The notes: generated by a model from the sequence alone, not told the origin. A stretch of DNA of 64,000 bases from Gemmatimonadota bacterium (GCA_003222115.1 QHUL01000069.1:12417-76416), one strand, 5' to 3'. Numbered from the stretch's first letter, positions 50,539 through 60,566 are shown. Translations and numbers: made by a program.

Positions 50539-51363
50539 TCATGGCACGCCGGTGCCGCGCGCCAGCGGATCCACGTACGTGCTCCGCTTCCATCTATAGG
50601 GCAGCTCGATCACCCCTCCCGGCCTGGTGATCACGGCGAACGCCCCGAGCGCGTCCCACAGCACGCGGCGTTGCTGCACCACCGCTCCCGGCTCCCCCAG
50701 CACCTGTCCCAGGCGGAACCGCACCACGACGTTGCGGGGCGCGGGCGTGTTCGCGGTCGCCGCGGGGAGCACCGACAGCGCCACCGTGGGAATGCCGTGT
50801 CGCTCCACCTCGCGCGCGATCAATCCCACGGACTGATGGCAGGTGGTTCAGCCGGGTGTGAACACCGCGTGGGTCGCGCCGTCTGCGACGAGCCGCCGCG
50901 CCACCTCGGGCGCCGTTTCCCGCGTCAGCCGCTCGCGCTCCGCATCCAGCACGTGGCCCATGAACCCGAAGTGCCGCGGCGCGACCCGGACCCCGAGCGG
51001 CGCCAGCTCACGCAGCCGCTCCAGCGGGAACACCGTGTTGACGTCCCGGTCCGCCGCGGCGTGGTCGTAATAGTCGTGCGTGATCATCAGCTGAGACGCC
51101 GCGACGTCGCCCGGAATCTCCCGAAAACTCGCGTCGCCTCGCGGGTTCTCCATGTCGAAGGGCGGAGCGGAGCGAGGGTGGACGCCGGCCGCCGTGACGA
51201 GCGCGATCCGACCGTGGTGAAAGGGCACCCGCGGGGCGGCCCAGGGGAGGACGGCGGCCCCGACCGGCGCCAGGCCCCAGCGCGCGTACAGCGCCGCCCA
51301 CCAAGGTGCTCGCGTGTACCAGGAGGAGAGGAGCTGGTGCCAGGCGCGCCGCAGGCTCGTCAC
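50539..51363 (-). CDS. GrdB-family (glycine/sarcosine/betaine/D-proline reductase B-like) protein with in-frame TGA, candidate selenoprotein
   Basis: Track ORFs 50848-51363 and 50539-50829 share one frame and are separated only by TGA 50848-50850. Reads AVFTPG-U-TTCHQSVGLIAREVERHGIPTV. Confidence 0.55.
50819..50837 (-). promoter_or_regulatory. Candidate SECIS-like hairpin
   Basis: The mRNA reads UGA, then 10 nt, then AUCAGUCC-GUG-GGAUUGAU (8 bp including one G-U). Confidence 0.3.
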
Positions 51364-51439
51364 GTGGTCGTTGCCTTTTCGCCCGCCTCAAACTAGCATC
51401 CCGGCGACGGCGCAGCACCTCTTTGACAATCGAGGCCGT

Positions 51440-52723
51440 GTGACGCTGGATGAGGCGAAGGCCGCGCTCGGGCGCGGCCGCCCCGTGGTGTTGGTGGCGC
51501 CCCCCGAGCCGGAGCAGGCAGGGGCCGCGTGGGAGCTCGTGGGACCCTTGACGCCCGGGCGCCGCCCCGGGGCCGACCCACCCGTGGTGGTCATGTGCGC
51601 CGATGACGTCGCCGCGACGGCGTGGGCGTCCGCGCCTCCCCCTCACGTCCGCGTCCACGCCGTCACCGCCCTAGGCCGCGCCGCCCGCACCCTCACCGAC
51701 AGCGGCGTGGACGTGCTCGCCGGCGCGGTCCAGGACCTCGCTGCACTCGTCAGCCGTTCCACCCTCAAGCTCGAGACCGCGCACGCCGTTGTCGTCGCCT
51801 GGCCCGAAACGCTCCTCGCCGGCGAGCACGCGGCCGCCCTCGACGCGTTGCTGGGCGAGGCGAAACAGGCCCGCCGCATCATCCTGAGCTGGAATCCGGC
51901 CGCGCTGCGGGATTTCCTCGAGCGCCACGCGCACCGGGCGCACGTCGAGGGCTCGCCCTCGGTGGACGAGAGCGGGCGGCCCCTGCCGGCCCTGGGGCCG
52001 GCGCGTTACGTGGTCGTCTCGCCCTCGCGCCGTCCGGCTGCGTTGCGCGACGCGCTCGACGCGCTCGACCCGAGGCGCCCCTACATCTGGCGCGGCGGTC
52101 CCGTCGCGGCGCAAGGTGACCCGCCGGACGCCGTGCTGTGTGTGCTGCTCCCCACGCGCGCGGAGTTCGCGGCGCTCTCGCGTTTGGGGGCGCCGGTCCT
52201 GTTTCCCACGGCGGCGCAGCTACCCTATGTCCAGTCCCTGGCCCGTCCGCTGACGCCGTTGCGGCTCCCCACCTCGGCGGACCGCGCACAGGACCGCGCC
52301 GCCGACCTGCGGGAGCGCGTGGCGCAGATCCTCACTGATAGGAGCGTGGACGCCGAGCTCGCGCTGCTCGATCCACTGTTCGAGCGTCATGATCCGGCAG
52401 AGGTCGCGGCGGCCCTGCTCGCGATCCTGGGCGGAGGGGGAAGGGGGAAGCGCGAAGGCGTAGCGATCGAACCCGCTCCCGCCGCGTGGGTGAAGGTGTT
52501 CGTCAATGTAGGGAAGAAGGACCGGGCGGCACCCAAGGACCTCGTGGGAGCGTTGCTTCGCGAAGTCGGAATCGAGAAGGAAGCGATCGGTCGCATCGAG
52601 CTGCGGGAGACGTTCTGCCTGATCGACGTGGCGCCAGCGGTCGCGGAGCGGGTCGTTCGGGATCTCACGGGAGTGTCGATCAAGGGGCGCCGTGCCGTGG
52701 CGCGGCTCGAGCGGCAGACCTGA
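51440..52723 (+). CDS. Degenerate DEAD-box-like protein with DbpA-type C-terminal RNA-binding domain
   Basis: GTG 51440 (start uncertain). C-terminus WVKVFVNVGKKDRAAPKDLVGALLREVGI...IGRIELRETFCLIDV. Helicase motif positions are all substituted. Confidence 0.6.
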   Translation: MTLDEAKAALGRGRPVVLVAPPEPEQAGAAWELVGPLTPGRRPGADPPVVVMCADDVAATAWASAPPPHVRVHAVTALGRAARTLTDSGVDVLAGAVQDLAALVSRSTLKLETAHAVVVAWPETLLAGEHAAALDALLGEAKQARRIILSWNPAALRDFLERHAHRAHVEGSPSVDESGRPLPALGPARYVVVSPSRRPAALRDALDALDPRRPYIWRGGPVAAQGDPPDAVLCVLLPTRAEFAALSRLGAPVLFPTAAQLPYVQSLARPLTPLRLPTSADRAQDRAADLRERVAQILTDRSVDAELALLDPLFERHDPAEVAAALLAILGGGGRGKREGVAIEPAPAAWVKVFVNVGKKDRAAPKDLVGALLREVGIEKEAIGRIELRETFCLIDVAPAVAERVVRDLTGVSIKGRRAVARLERQT

Positions 52724-52731
52724 GAACGCCG

Positions 52732-52757
52732 ACGGGCCGCCCAGCGGGGCGGCCCGT
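52732..52757. terminator. Perfect 10-bp GC hairpin between convergent genes
   Basis: ACGGGCCGCC-cagcgg-GGCGGCCCGT. No clear U-tract on either strand. Confidence 0.45.
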
Positions 52758-52797
52758 ATACCGCGTCCTCGAGACTGCGACCTCCGGTGTGTGACGC

Positions 52798-53088
52798 CTA
52801 CCGCTTGTTGTTCAGTGCCATCTTCAGCTGCTTGCCGGCGCGGAACGCGGGAGCGATCGACGCCTTGATCTGAATCGTCCCACCCGTCTTCGGGTTCCGC
52901 CCCATGCGCGCGGCGCGCTTGCGGGCCTCGAAGTTGCCGAATCCGGTGATCTGCACCTTCGCACCCTTCTTCAATTCTCCCGCGATGATGCCCTTGTCGT
53001 CGAACAGGGCGTCGATCGTGCGAGTGGCGTCGGCCTTCGACATCTTGGTGCGCATGGCCAGGGCCGCGGTCAGCTCAGCTTTGTTCAC
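52798..53088 (-). CDS. hup: HU-family DNA-binding protein
   Basis: GTG 53088 is preceded by an AAGGAGA Shine-Dalgarno. [23 protein letters not shown]. Confidence 0.9.
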   Translation of the reverse strand: MNKAELTAALAMRTKMSKADATRTIDALFDDKGIIAGELKKGAKVQITGFGNFEARKRAARMGRNPKTGGTIQIKASIAPAFRAGKQLKMALNNKR

Positions 53089-53182
53089 GCTATCTCCTTG
53101 TGGAGGACTAGGGCCGGAGAAAGCCTTGATGTTTCGCCCCTTTTCTCGGGGGGGGCGCCCGAAAAGCCCGGAATCCCGGCAC

Positions 53183-53212
53183 AATATGGGGGTATGCCGA
53201 GAAAATCCGCAA
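53183..53212 (-). promoter_or_regulatory. Candidate promoter of the HU gene (TTGCGG, 18-nt spacer, CATATT)
   Basis: Read by eye on the minus strand about 95 nt upstream of the HU start. Confidence 0.3.
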
Positions 53213-53267
53213 GATACCGGCACTTCCTTGACCCATCCCCCCGGAGAAACTACCCTTCCACCCCGTT

Positions 53268-53360
53268 GCCAGCCGCAAGCCGTAAGCCGCAAGCACGCCG
53301 TGCTCGGCCTGGGAACCGCGTGCAACCTTACGCCTTGCGGCTTACGAGTTACGACCTGCG
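53268..53360. repeat. Tandem-heptamer inverted repeat (unit CCGYAAG)
   Basis: Left units 53271-53293. Right CTTRCGN units 53327-53360. 13-bp perfect core 53281-53293 / 53334-53346. Weaker than the other loci. Confidence 0.65.
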
Positions 53361-53374
53361 ATCAGGGGTGGCGG

Positions 53375-53980
53375 ATGTTTCACGGGACGCGGCCGGGCTG
53401 GATCGAAGTCATTTCAGGCGTGATGTTTGCGGGGAAGAGCGAAGAACTGATCCGCCGCGTGCGGCGGGCTGTGATCGCGCGCAAGCAGGTCCAGGTTTTC
53501 AAGTCCCACCTCGACGCCCGCTACGCGGGACTGTACTCCGTGACCAGCCACGATGGCCTGACGGTCGACGCGGCGCCCGTGGACTCGGCCGACCAGATCA
53601 TGCGGCAGGTGCGGCCCGACACCGAGGTCGTCGCCATCGACGAGGCGCAGTTCCTGGACGGCGGCATCGTGACCGTCGCCAACGCGCTGGCCGATCGGGG
53701 AGTGCGGGTGATTGTCGCCGGCACCGACAGCGACTTCCGGGGCGAGCCGTTCGGCGCCATGCCCATCTTGATGGCGGCGGCCGAGATTGTCGACAAGCTC
53801 CAGGCGATCTGCGTCGTGTGCGGGGGACCGGCGACGCGGAACCAGCGTCTCGTCAACGGCAAGCCCGCCCCCTGGGACAGCCCGACGATCATGGTAGGCG
53901 GGCGGGAGTCGTACGAGGCGAGATGCCGACACTGCCACAGAGTCCCGAAGCGCGATGAAGACCAGACGGCCCTGCTGTAG
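53375..53980 (+). CDS. tdk: Thymidine kinase
   Basis: P-loop [18 protein letters not shown], Zn ribbon CVVCG...CRHCH. Confidence 0.92.
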   Translation: MFHGTRPGWIEVISGVMFAGKSEELIRRVRRAVIARKQVQVFKSHLDARYAGLYSVTSHDGLTVDAAPVDSADQIMRQVRPDTEVVAIDEAQFLDGGIVTVANALADRGVRVIVAGTDSDFRGEPFGAMPILMAAAEIVDKLQAICVVCGGPATRNQRLVNGKPAPWDSPTIMVGGRESYEARCRHCHRVPKRDEDQTALL

Positions 53981-54044
53981 AGACATCAGACATCAGACGT
54001 CAGACATCAGCGTGCTGAGATCTGATGTCTGATGTCTGACGTCT
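53981..54044. repeat. Tandem-heptamer hairpin (unit GACRTCA) filling the tdk-stop to coaE-start gap
   Basis: Left arm 53981-54010, 10-nt loop, right arm 54021-54044. Confidence 0.9.
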
Positions 54045-54045
54045 C

Positions 54046-54657
54046 ATGCTGAACGTCGGTCTCACCGGCAACATCGCCTCCGGCAAGTCCACCGTGGTCG
54101 ACCTGTTCCGTCGCTGGGGGGCGACGATCATCGACGCCGACGCGCTGGCCCGCGAAGCGCAGGCGCCCGGGGGCGAGGTGCTGGCCGCGATCGCCCGGCG
54201 CTTCGGCGCGGACGTGCTGGCTGGGGACGGCTCGCTCGATCGCGCCGCGTTGCGAGCGAAGGTGATGGGTGACGACGCCGCCCTTGCGGCGCTGAACGCG
54301 ATCGTCCACCCCGCGGTGCGGCAGCGCCGCGCGCAGTTGATCCGCGCCGCCCGCTCGCGCGGCGACCTGCTCGTCGTGAACGACATCCCGCTCCTGTTCG
54401 AGGTGCTCGACCCGGCCGAGTTCGACGTGGTCGTTCTCGTGGACGCGCCGGTTGCCCTGCGGCGCACCCGGTTGCGGGCGATGCGCGGCCTGGGGAACGA
54501 GGAGGCGGACCGGATGATCGCGGCCCAGATGCCCGCGGAGCGCAAGCGCGGCCGCAGCCACTACGTCATCGACAACAAAGGCACGTTGGAGGAGCTGGAG
54601 GCCGACGCGCGCCGCCTGTACGACGTGCTGGCGGCGCGGGCCAAGCAGTTGCCTTGA
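54046..54657 (+). CDS. coaE: Dephospho-CoA kinase
   Basis: VGLTGNIASGKST P-loop, and the typical length. Confidence 0.9.
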   Translation: MLNVGLTGNIASGKSTVVDLFRRWGATIIDADALAREAQAPGGEVLAAIARRFGADVLAGDGSLDRAALRAKVMGDDAALAALNAIVHPAVRQRRAQLIRAARSRGDLLVVNDIPLLFEVLDPAEFDVVVLVDAPVALRRTRLRAMRGLGNEEADRMIAAQMPAERKRGRSHYVIDNKGTLEELEADARRLYDVLAARAKQLP

Positions 54658-54724
54658 CACGCCTTGGCGGCGTCCGTAACCTTCGCCCCGACCCTCCCCG
54701 AGCCTGAAACGAGCGCGCCGGCGC

Positions 54725-55114
54725 ATGGCCCGAATCCCCGACGACCTGCTCTACTCCGAGGAACACGAATACGTCAGGCGTAGCGACGCGGAAAACGTCG
54801 TCGTGGTCGGCATCACGGACTACGCGCAGGGGGAGTTGGGCGACGTCGTGTACGTGGACCTGCCCAAGGTGGGAACCGCGTACGGCCGCATGGACGTGTT
54901 CGGGACGATCGAAGCGGTGAAGGCCGTGTCGGAGCTGTTCGCGCCGATCAGCGGCGCGGTGATCGAGGTGAACACGGCGCTCGACAAGGATCCGGCCCTC
55001 GTGAATCGCGACCCGTACGGCGAGGGATGGATGATCAAGCTGCGGATCAAGAATCCCGGTGAATTCGATCAGCTGCTCGGCAGCGAGGAATACGAGAAGC
55101 ACATCGGAGCGTAG
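54725..55114 (+). CDS. gcvH: Glycine cleavage system H protein
   Basis: Lipoyl-lysine context IEAVKAVSELFAPISG. Confidence 0.93.
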   Translation: MARIPDDLLYSEEHEYVRRSDAENVVVVGITDYAQGELGDVVYVDLPKVGTAYGRMDVFGTIEAVKAVSELFAPISGAVIEVNTALDKDPALVNRDPYGEGWMIKLRIKNPGEFDQLLGSEEYEKHIGA

Positions 55115-55129
55115 CGTCATCCGCCGACC

Positions 55130-58036
55130 ATGAAGACCACCCGAGAGATCGCGCGCGCCTTCCTCGTCACCGACCGCTTCGTGACGCGCCACATCGGCCC
55201 GAGCCCGGACGAGACGGAGGCCATGCTCGCGACACTGGGCTACTCCTCGCTCGACGAGTTCATCGACGAGGTCGTCCCGGCCGACATCCGGCTGTCCCGG
55301 CCGCTCAACCTTCCCCCCGGCCGGAGCGAGCGCGAGGTCCTGCAGGCGCTGCGAGGCTTCGCGGCCCAGAATCAGCTGTTCCGCTCCTACATCGGGATGG
55401 GATACTACCCCTGCTTCACGCCGCAGGTGATCCAGCGCAACATCGTGGAGAATCCCGGCTGGTACACGGCGTACACGCCCTACCAGCCGGAGATCGCGCA
55501 GGGCCGGCTCGAGGCGCTGCTCAACTATCAGACCGTGATCGCGGACCTCACGGGCCTGCCGATCGCCAACGCCTCGCTGCTCGATGAGGCGACCGCGGCG
55601 GCCGAAGCGGTCCACCTCACGCAGAGCGTGACCACGGTGCCCGTGGGCGCGACGCCGGTCTACCTCGTCGCGGAGAACTGCCATCCCCAGACGATCGCCG
55701 TGCTACAGACCCGCGCCGGGGCGCGCGGGCTCAAGGTGCAGGTGGCCGACCCCGCCCGGTTCCGCTTCACGCCCGGGGTGATCGGCGCGCTGGTGCAGTA
55801 CCCCACCACCGACGGCGCGATCGCGGAGTACGCCGGCGTGTGCGCGGCGGCCCACGCCGCGGGGGCGCTCGTCACGGCCGCGACCGACCTGCTCGCCCTC
55901 ACCCTGCTGCAGCCGCCCGGCGAGTGGGGCGCCGACATCGCCATCGGGTCGAGCCAGCGGTTCGGCGTGCCGATGGGCTACGGCGGCCCGCACGCGGCGT
56001 TCTTCGCCACGCGGGACGAGTACAAGCGCCACCTCCCGGGACGCATCATCGGCGTGTCCCAGGACGCGGCCGGCCGCCCCGCGCTGCGGATGGCGCTGCA
56101 GACGCGCGAGCAGCACATCCGGCGCGAGAAGGCCACGAGCAACGTGTGCACCGCGCAGGTGCTCCTCGCCGTGATGGCGAGCATGTACGCCGTGTATCAC
56201 GGCCCCGAGGGCCTGCGCCGCATCGCGCAACGGGTGCACACCCTCACCGTGCTGCTCGCGGCCGCGCTCAGCCGGCTGGGCTACCGCATCGTCCATCCGT
56301 CGTACTTCGACACCCTGTGCGTCGAGGTCGAGTCGTGGGCGCTGTCGCGGCTGATCGACGCCGCCCGCGCCCGCCGCACCAACCTCCGCACCGTCTCCCC
56401 CACCCGCATCGGCATCTCCCTCGACGAAACGACGACCCTCGGCGATCTCGCTGACCTCGTCGCGGTGTTCTCGCTCAACGAGGTGCTGCCGTTCATGGTC
56501 GAGGATCTCGGCGCCAGAGCGGACACCGCGATACCGGAGGGGCTGCGGCGCACGTCCCCGTACCTCACGCACCCCGTGTTTCACAAGTACCGGTCCGAGA
56601 CGGAAATGCTGCGCTACATCAAGAGGCTCGAGGCGCGCGACCTCTCGCTCACCTCCGCCATGATCCCGCTCGGCTCGTGCACGATGAAGCTCAACGCGAC
56701 GACCGAGATGGCGCCCCTCTCCTGGCGCGAGTTCAACCGGCTCCACCCCTTCGCCCCGCGCGAGCAGGCGCAGGGCTACCGCACCCTGTTCCGCCAGCTG
56801 GAGCAGCAACTGGCGGAGATCACGGGGTTCCCCGCCGTGTCGCTGCAGCCCAATTCCGGAGCCCAAGGCGAGCTCACCGGCCTGCTGGTCGTGCGCGCCT
56901 ACCACACCTCCCGCGGCGAAGGGCACCGCGACGTGTGCCTCATCCCCACGTCGGCCCACGGCACCAATCCGGCCAGCGCCGTCATGGCGGGCTTCCGGGT
57001 GGTCCCCGTGCGGGTGGACGCGCGGGGCAACATCGACCTCCAGGACCTGAGGGAGCGGGCGGCGGCGCACCGGGACCGGCTCGCCGCCATCATGATCACC
57101 TATCCGTCCACGCACGGGGTGTTCGAGACGTCGATTCGCGATATCTGCCGCATCGTGCACGAGCAGGGCGGCCAGGTGTACATGGACGGGGCGAACATGA
57201 ACGCGCAGGTGGGCCTGTGCCGACCTGCCGACTTCGGCGCCGACCTCTGCCACCTGAACCTGCACAAGACGTTTTGCATCCCCCACGGCGGCGGCGGCCC
57301 GGGGATGGGCCCGGTGTGCGCGGCCGAGCACCTCGCCCCGTTCCTCCCCGACCACCCCGTGGTGCACCTCGGGCGCACGAGCCCCTGCGGCACCGTGTCG
57401 GCGGCGCCATGGGGCAGCGCGTGGATCCTGCCGATCTCCTGGGCCTACGTCGCCCTCATGGGCCGCGAGGGGCTGGTCGAGGCAACGAGGCTCGCGATCC
57501 TCAACGCCAATTACATCGTCAAGCGCCTCTCACCTCATTACAGCGTGCTGTACACCGGGCCCAACGGGCTCGTCGCGCACGAGTGCATCATCGACACGCG
57601 CCCCTTCAAGCAGTCGGCGGGCATCGAGGTGGACGACATCGCCAAGCGGATCATCGATTATGGCTTCCATCCCCCGACGGTGTCTTTCCCCGTGCCGGGC
57701 ACGCTGATGATCGAGCCGACCGAGAGCGAATCGAAGGAGGAGCTGGACCGCTTCTGTGACGCGCTGATCGCGATCCGGGAGGAGATCCGGGAGATCGAGG
57801 AGGGCCGCCAAGCGCCCGGCAACAACCTGCTGACCAACGCCCCCCACACGCTCGAGGACGTCATCGCCGACCAGTGGGAGCGCCCCTACCCGCGGGAGCG
57901 GGCGGCGTTCCCCGCTCCCGCGACCCGCCAGCACAAGGTGTGGCCGTCGGTCGGGCGCGTGGACGGGGCGTACGGGGACCGCAATCTCGTGTGCGTGTGC
58001 CCCCCGGTGGAAGCGTATGCCGTCGCTGCTGACTAA
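55130..58036 (+). CDS. gcvP: Glycine dehydrogenase (decarboxylating), single-chain P protein
   Basis: 968 aa. [31 protein letters not shown] (PLP lysine). Confidence 0.96.
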   Translation: MKTTREIARAFLVTDRFVTRHIGPSPDETEAMLATLGYSSLDEFIDEVVPADIRLSRPLNLPPGRSEREVLQALRGFAAQNQLFRSYIGMGYYPCFTPQVIQRNIVENPGWYTAYTPYQPEIAQGRLEALLNYQTVIADLTGLPIANASLLDEATAAAEAVHLTQSVTTVPVGATPVYLVAENCHPQTIAVLQTRAGARGLKVQVADPARFRFTPGVIGALVQYPTTDGAIAEYAGVCAAAHAAGALVTAATDLLALTLLQPPGEWGADIAIGSSQRFGVPMGYGGPHAAFFATRDEYKRHLPGRIIGVSQDAAGRPALRMALQTREQHIRREKATSNVCTAQVLLAVMASMYAVYHGPEGLRRIAQRVHTLTVLLAAALSRLGYRIVHPSYFDTLCVEVESWALSRLIDAARARRTNLRTVSPTRIGISLDETTTLGDLADLVAVFSLNEVLPFMVEDLGARADTAIPEGLRRTSPYLTHPVFHKYRSETEMLRYIKRLEARDLSLTSAMIPLGSCTMKLNATTEMAPLSWREFNRLHPFAPREQAQGYRTLFRQLEQQLAEITGFPAVSLQPNSGAQGELTGLLVVRAYHTSRGEGHRDVCLIPTSAHGTNPASAVMAGFRVVPVRVDARGNIDLQDLRERAAAHRDRLAAIMITYPSTHGVFETSIRDICRIVHEQGGQVYMDGANMNAQVGLCRPADFGADLCHLNLHKTFCIPHGGGGPGMGPVCAAEHLAPFLPDHPVVHLGRTSPCGTVSAAPWGSAWILPISWAYVALMGREGLVEATRLAILNANYIVKRLSPHYSVLYTGPNGLVAHECIIDTRPFKQSAGIEVDDIAKRIIDYGFHPPTVSFPVPGTLMIEPTESESKEELDRFCDALIAIREEIREIEEGRQAPGNNLLTNAPHTLEDVIADQWERPYPRERAAFPAPATRQHKVWPSVGRVDGAYGDRNLVCVCPPVEAYAVAAD

Positions 58037-58856
58037 GGCGGATGGTCGGAAGGTTGGAAGGTTGGAAGGTGTACCCGACCTTCCAACTTTCCAACTTTCC
58101 ATCGACTCAATCGGCCGCTCCGGCGCCGAGAACATGGCGCTGGACCAATGGCTGTTGGAGCAAGCCGACCAGAGCGGCCGCGCGTTCTTGCGGCTGTACC
58201 GCTGGGACCCACCCTGCCTCTCGCTCGGCCGCAACGAGCCCGCCACCCGCCGCTACGATCGGGCCGCGATCGCGCGGCTGGGGCTCGACGTGGTGCGCCG
58301 GCCGACGGGCGGGCGCGCGGTGTGGCACCAGCACGAAGTGACCTACGCCGTGGCCGCGCCCGTCGGCGCCCTCGGCTCGCCGCGTGAGAGCTACCGCCGG
58401 ATCCACGAGTGGCTGGCGCGTGCGCTGCGGGCTCTCGGCGTCGAGGCCACGCTGGCCCCCAACGGTCCGACCGTCCCACTGCGACCGTCAGGGAGTCCTT
58501 TAGGGTCCGACGGATCCGGGGCCTGCTTCGAGAGGCCCGCGGGTGGCGAGGTCGTCGTTGGCGGACGGAAGCTCGTCGGGTCGGCCCAGGTGCGTCAGCG
58601 CACGGCGTTGCTGCAGCACGGCTCGATCTTGCTCGAGGGGTCGCAGGAGATCATCGGCGCCATCAGCCGTCAGCCATCGGCTATCAGCGGAGGAACGACG
58701 TTGGCCGCGGTGCTGGGCCGGCCCGTCTCATTCGACGAAGTCGCCGGAGCGGTCGTGCAGTCCTGGGGCAACGCCGTGACTGCTGCCGCCCCTTACCGCC
58801 CCTTACCGCCCTTGACCTCATTCTTTTCCGACCCTGCCTGGACCTGGCGCCGCTAG
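58017..58856 (+). CDS. Lipoate-protein ligase family (LplA/LipB-fold) protein
   Basis: [30 protein letters not shown]. The conserved N-terminal strand LSIDS lies upstream of ATG 58134. Start is therefore ATG 58017 or TTG 58062, both reading through the hairpin. Confidence 0.65.
   Translation: MPSLLTKADGRKVGRLEGVPDLPTFQLSIDSIGRSGAENMALDQWLLEQADQSGRAFLRLYRWDPPCLSLGRNEPATRRYDRAAIARLGLDVVRRPTGGRAVWHQHEVTYAVAAPVGALGSPRESYRRIHEWLARALRALGVEATLAPNGPTVPLRPSGSPLGSDGSGACFERPAGGEVVVGGRKLVGSAQVRQRTALLQHGSILLEGSQEIIGAISRQPSAISGGTTLAAVLGRPVSFDEVAGAVVQSWGNAVTAAAPYRPLPPLTSFFSDPAWTWRR
58044..58104. repeat. Tandem-octamer hairpin (unit GGTTGGAA)
   Basis: Left arm 58044-58070 and right arm 58078-58104. Mismatches are G opposite T (G-U compatible on the plus-strand RNA). 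Confidence 0.9.
58481..58500. repeat. Short dispersed repeat copy 3 (GCGACCGTCAGGGAGTCCTT)
   Basis: Exact 20-mer shared with the reverse complement of about 3811-3830. Both encode RPSGSP in their host genes. Confidence 0.7.
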
Positions 58857-58880
58857 CGCGCCGGTAGAATCTTAGGCACC

Positions 58881-60566
58881 ATGCGAGCGCCGCACGCCGT
58901 CCGAGCGTCCCCGTCCGCGACCGTCCGTCTCACCGCACTCAGTGTCCTGCTGTTCGTCGCCTGCGCGCACCGCGAGGGGTGCACGGGCGACTACTGCGGG
59001 ACGCTCGTCATCGCCACGGCGGGGGAGCCCGAGTCCCTGCTCCCTCCGGTCATCACCTCGGCCGTCGGCCTGGCCGTCGCCGATCAGCTGTTTCTGAAGC
59101 TCGCCGACATCGGGCTCTCCACCAACACCGTCGGCGACGAGGACTTCCAGCCGCAGCTCGCCGAGCGGTGGGAGTGGGCCGATTCGGTCACGCTGGTGTT
59201 CCATCTCGACCCGCGGGCCCGGTGGCAGGACGGCCGCGCCGTGACCGCTCTCGACGTCGCCTTCACGTTCGACGCCTACAACGATCCGGCCGTGAACTCG
59301 CCCTTCCGCTCGGGCGTGCGCGCGATCAGCGCCGTCACGGCGCGGGACTCGCTCACCGCGGTGTTCCGCTTCCGGAAGCGCTATCCCGAGATGTTCTATG
59401 ACGCCGTGTACCATCTGCGGATCTTGCCCGCTCACCTGCTGCGGGCGATCCCCAGGGACCAGTGGCGCAGCGCCCTCTTCGGACGCCGGCCGGTGGGCGA
59501 CGGCCCCTACCGGTTCGTGTCGTGGAAAGCGGGGGAGCAGCTCGAGCTCGCGGCGGACTCGGCGTTCTTCCTCGGACGGCCGCACCTGCGGCGGGTGATT
59601 TGGCGGCTCACGCCGGACCTGCAGGTCGCCGTCACCCAGCTCGTCGCCGACCAGGCGGACGCCATCGAGGTGCTCGGCCCGCCCGACAACCTCAAGCGGG
59701 CGCAGGGCGCCCCGCAGCTCACCCTCTACCCTTACCGCGGCGCGACGTACGCCTACCTCGGGTTCAACCTGGCGGCGAACGGCGATTCGAGCAGGCCGCA
59801 TCCGCTGTTCGGCGAGCGGGAGCTGCGGCGCGCCCTCGTGATGGCGGTCGACCGGGAGCGACTGCTGCAGAACGTATGGGGCGACGCCGCCAGGGTCCCA
59901 CCGGGGCCGATGCCGCAGCTCTGGTGGATCTGGGATCCTGAGACGCGGATGCTGCCCTCCGACACGGCCCAGGCGTCGCGGCTGCTCACTCGGCTCGGCT
60001 GGCGGGACTCCGATCACGACGGCGTGCGGAAGCGGCAGGGCAACCGGCTCGCATTTCGCATCATGGTGCCGACGACGAGCGCGGTGCGTCGCCAGTACGC
60101 CCGACTGCTGCAGGAGCAGTACCGGTCGCTCGGGGCCGAGGTCGAGCTCGATGAAGTGGAGCCCAGCGTCTTCGCCCAGCGGGCCGCCGCGGGGCGCTTC
60201 GACGCCCTGCTCATCTCCTGGAACGCCGATCCGACGCCGACCTCGTCCATCGCGCAGACCTGGACCCGGGAGGGGATCGGGCGCTCCAACTATTTGCGCT
60301 ACGTGAGCCCGGCGTTCGACGGGCTGGTGGAGCGGGCGAGCGCCGGCGCGGGCCGGCGCGCGGCGACGCAACGCACCTGGCGGCAGGCCATCGAGCTACT
60401 CAACCAGGACGCACCGGCCGTCTTTCTGTTCGCCCCGCAGAGCGTGGCGGCCGTGCACCGGCGGGTGGCCGACGTCACGATCCGGCCGGACTCGTGGCTG
60501 GCGCTGCTCCGCACCTGGCGCATCCCCGCCGATCGCCTGATCGATCGCGACCGCGTGGAGCGTTAG
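58881..60566 (+). CDS. Peptide/nickel ABC transporter substrate-binding protein (family 5)
   Basis: Lipoprotein-like N-terminus (LLFVAC). SBP_bac_5-like length and pattern. First gene of a five-gene importer operon. Confidence 0.85.
   Translation: MRAPHAVRASPSATVRLTALSVLLFVACAHREGCTGDYCGTLVIATAGEPESLLPPVITSAVGLAVADQLFLKLADIGLSTNTVGDEDFQPQLAERWEWADSVTLVFHLDPRARWQDGRAVTALDVAFTFDAYNDPAVNSPFRSGVRAISAVTARDSLTAVFRFRKRYPEMFYDAVYHLRILPAHLLRAIPRDQWRSALFGRRPVGDGPYRFVSWKAGEQLELAADSAFFLGRPHLRRVIWRLTPDLQVAVTQLVADQADAIEVLGPPDNLKRAQGAPQLTLYPYRGATYAYLGFNLAANGDSSRPHPLFGERELRRALVMAVDRERLLQNVWGDAARVPPGPMPQLWWIWDPETRMLPSDTAQASRLLTRLGWRDSDHDGVRKRQGNRLAFRIMVPTTSAVRRQYARLLQEQYRSLGAEVELDEVEPSVFAQRAAAGRFDALLISWNADPTPTSSIAQTWTREGIGRSNYLRYVSPAFDGLVERASAGAGRRAATQRTWRQAIELLNQDAPAVFLFAPQSVAAVHRRVADVTIRPDSWLALLRTWRIPADRLIDRDRVER

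Noticed and set aside
50539-50829. Treating 50539-50829 and 50848-51363 as two independent small genes.
   Set aside because: They share one frame and are separated by a single TGA. The downstream part starts in the middle of a conserved segment and has no ribosome-binding site. A nonsense pseudogene cannot be excluded, and this is stated in the finding.
54658-54724. Glycine riboswitch upstream of gcvH.
   Set aside because: The gap is only 67 nt, and I could not find the conserved aptamer cores (GGAGAG ... CACCG ... type elements).
58796-58820. Tandem CCTTACCGCC decamer at the 3' end of the lipoate ligase gene, considered as a tenth hairpin locus.
   Set aside because: I found no inverted partner nearby. 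It is mentioned only as a repeat-derived C-terminal tail.
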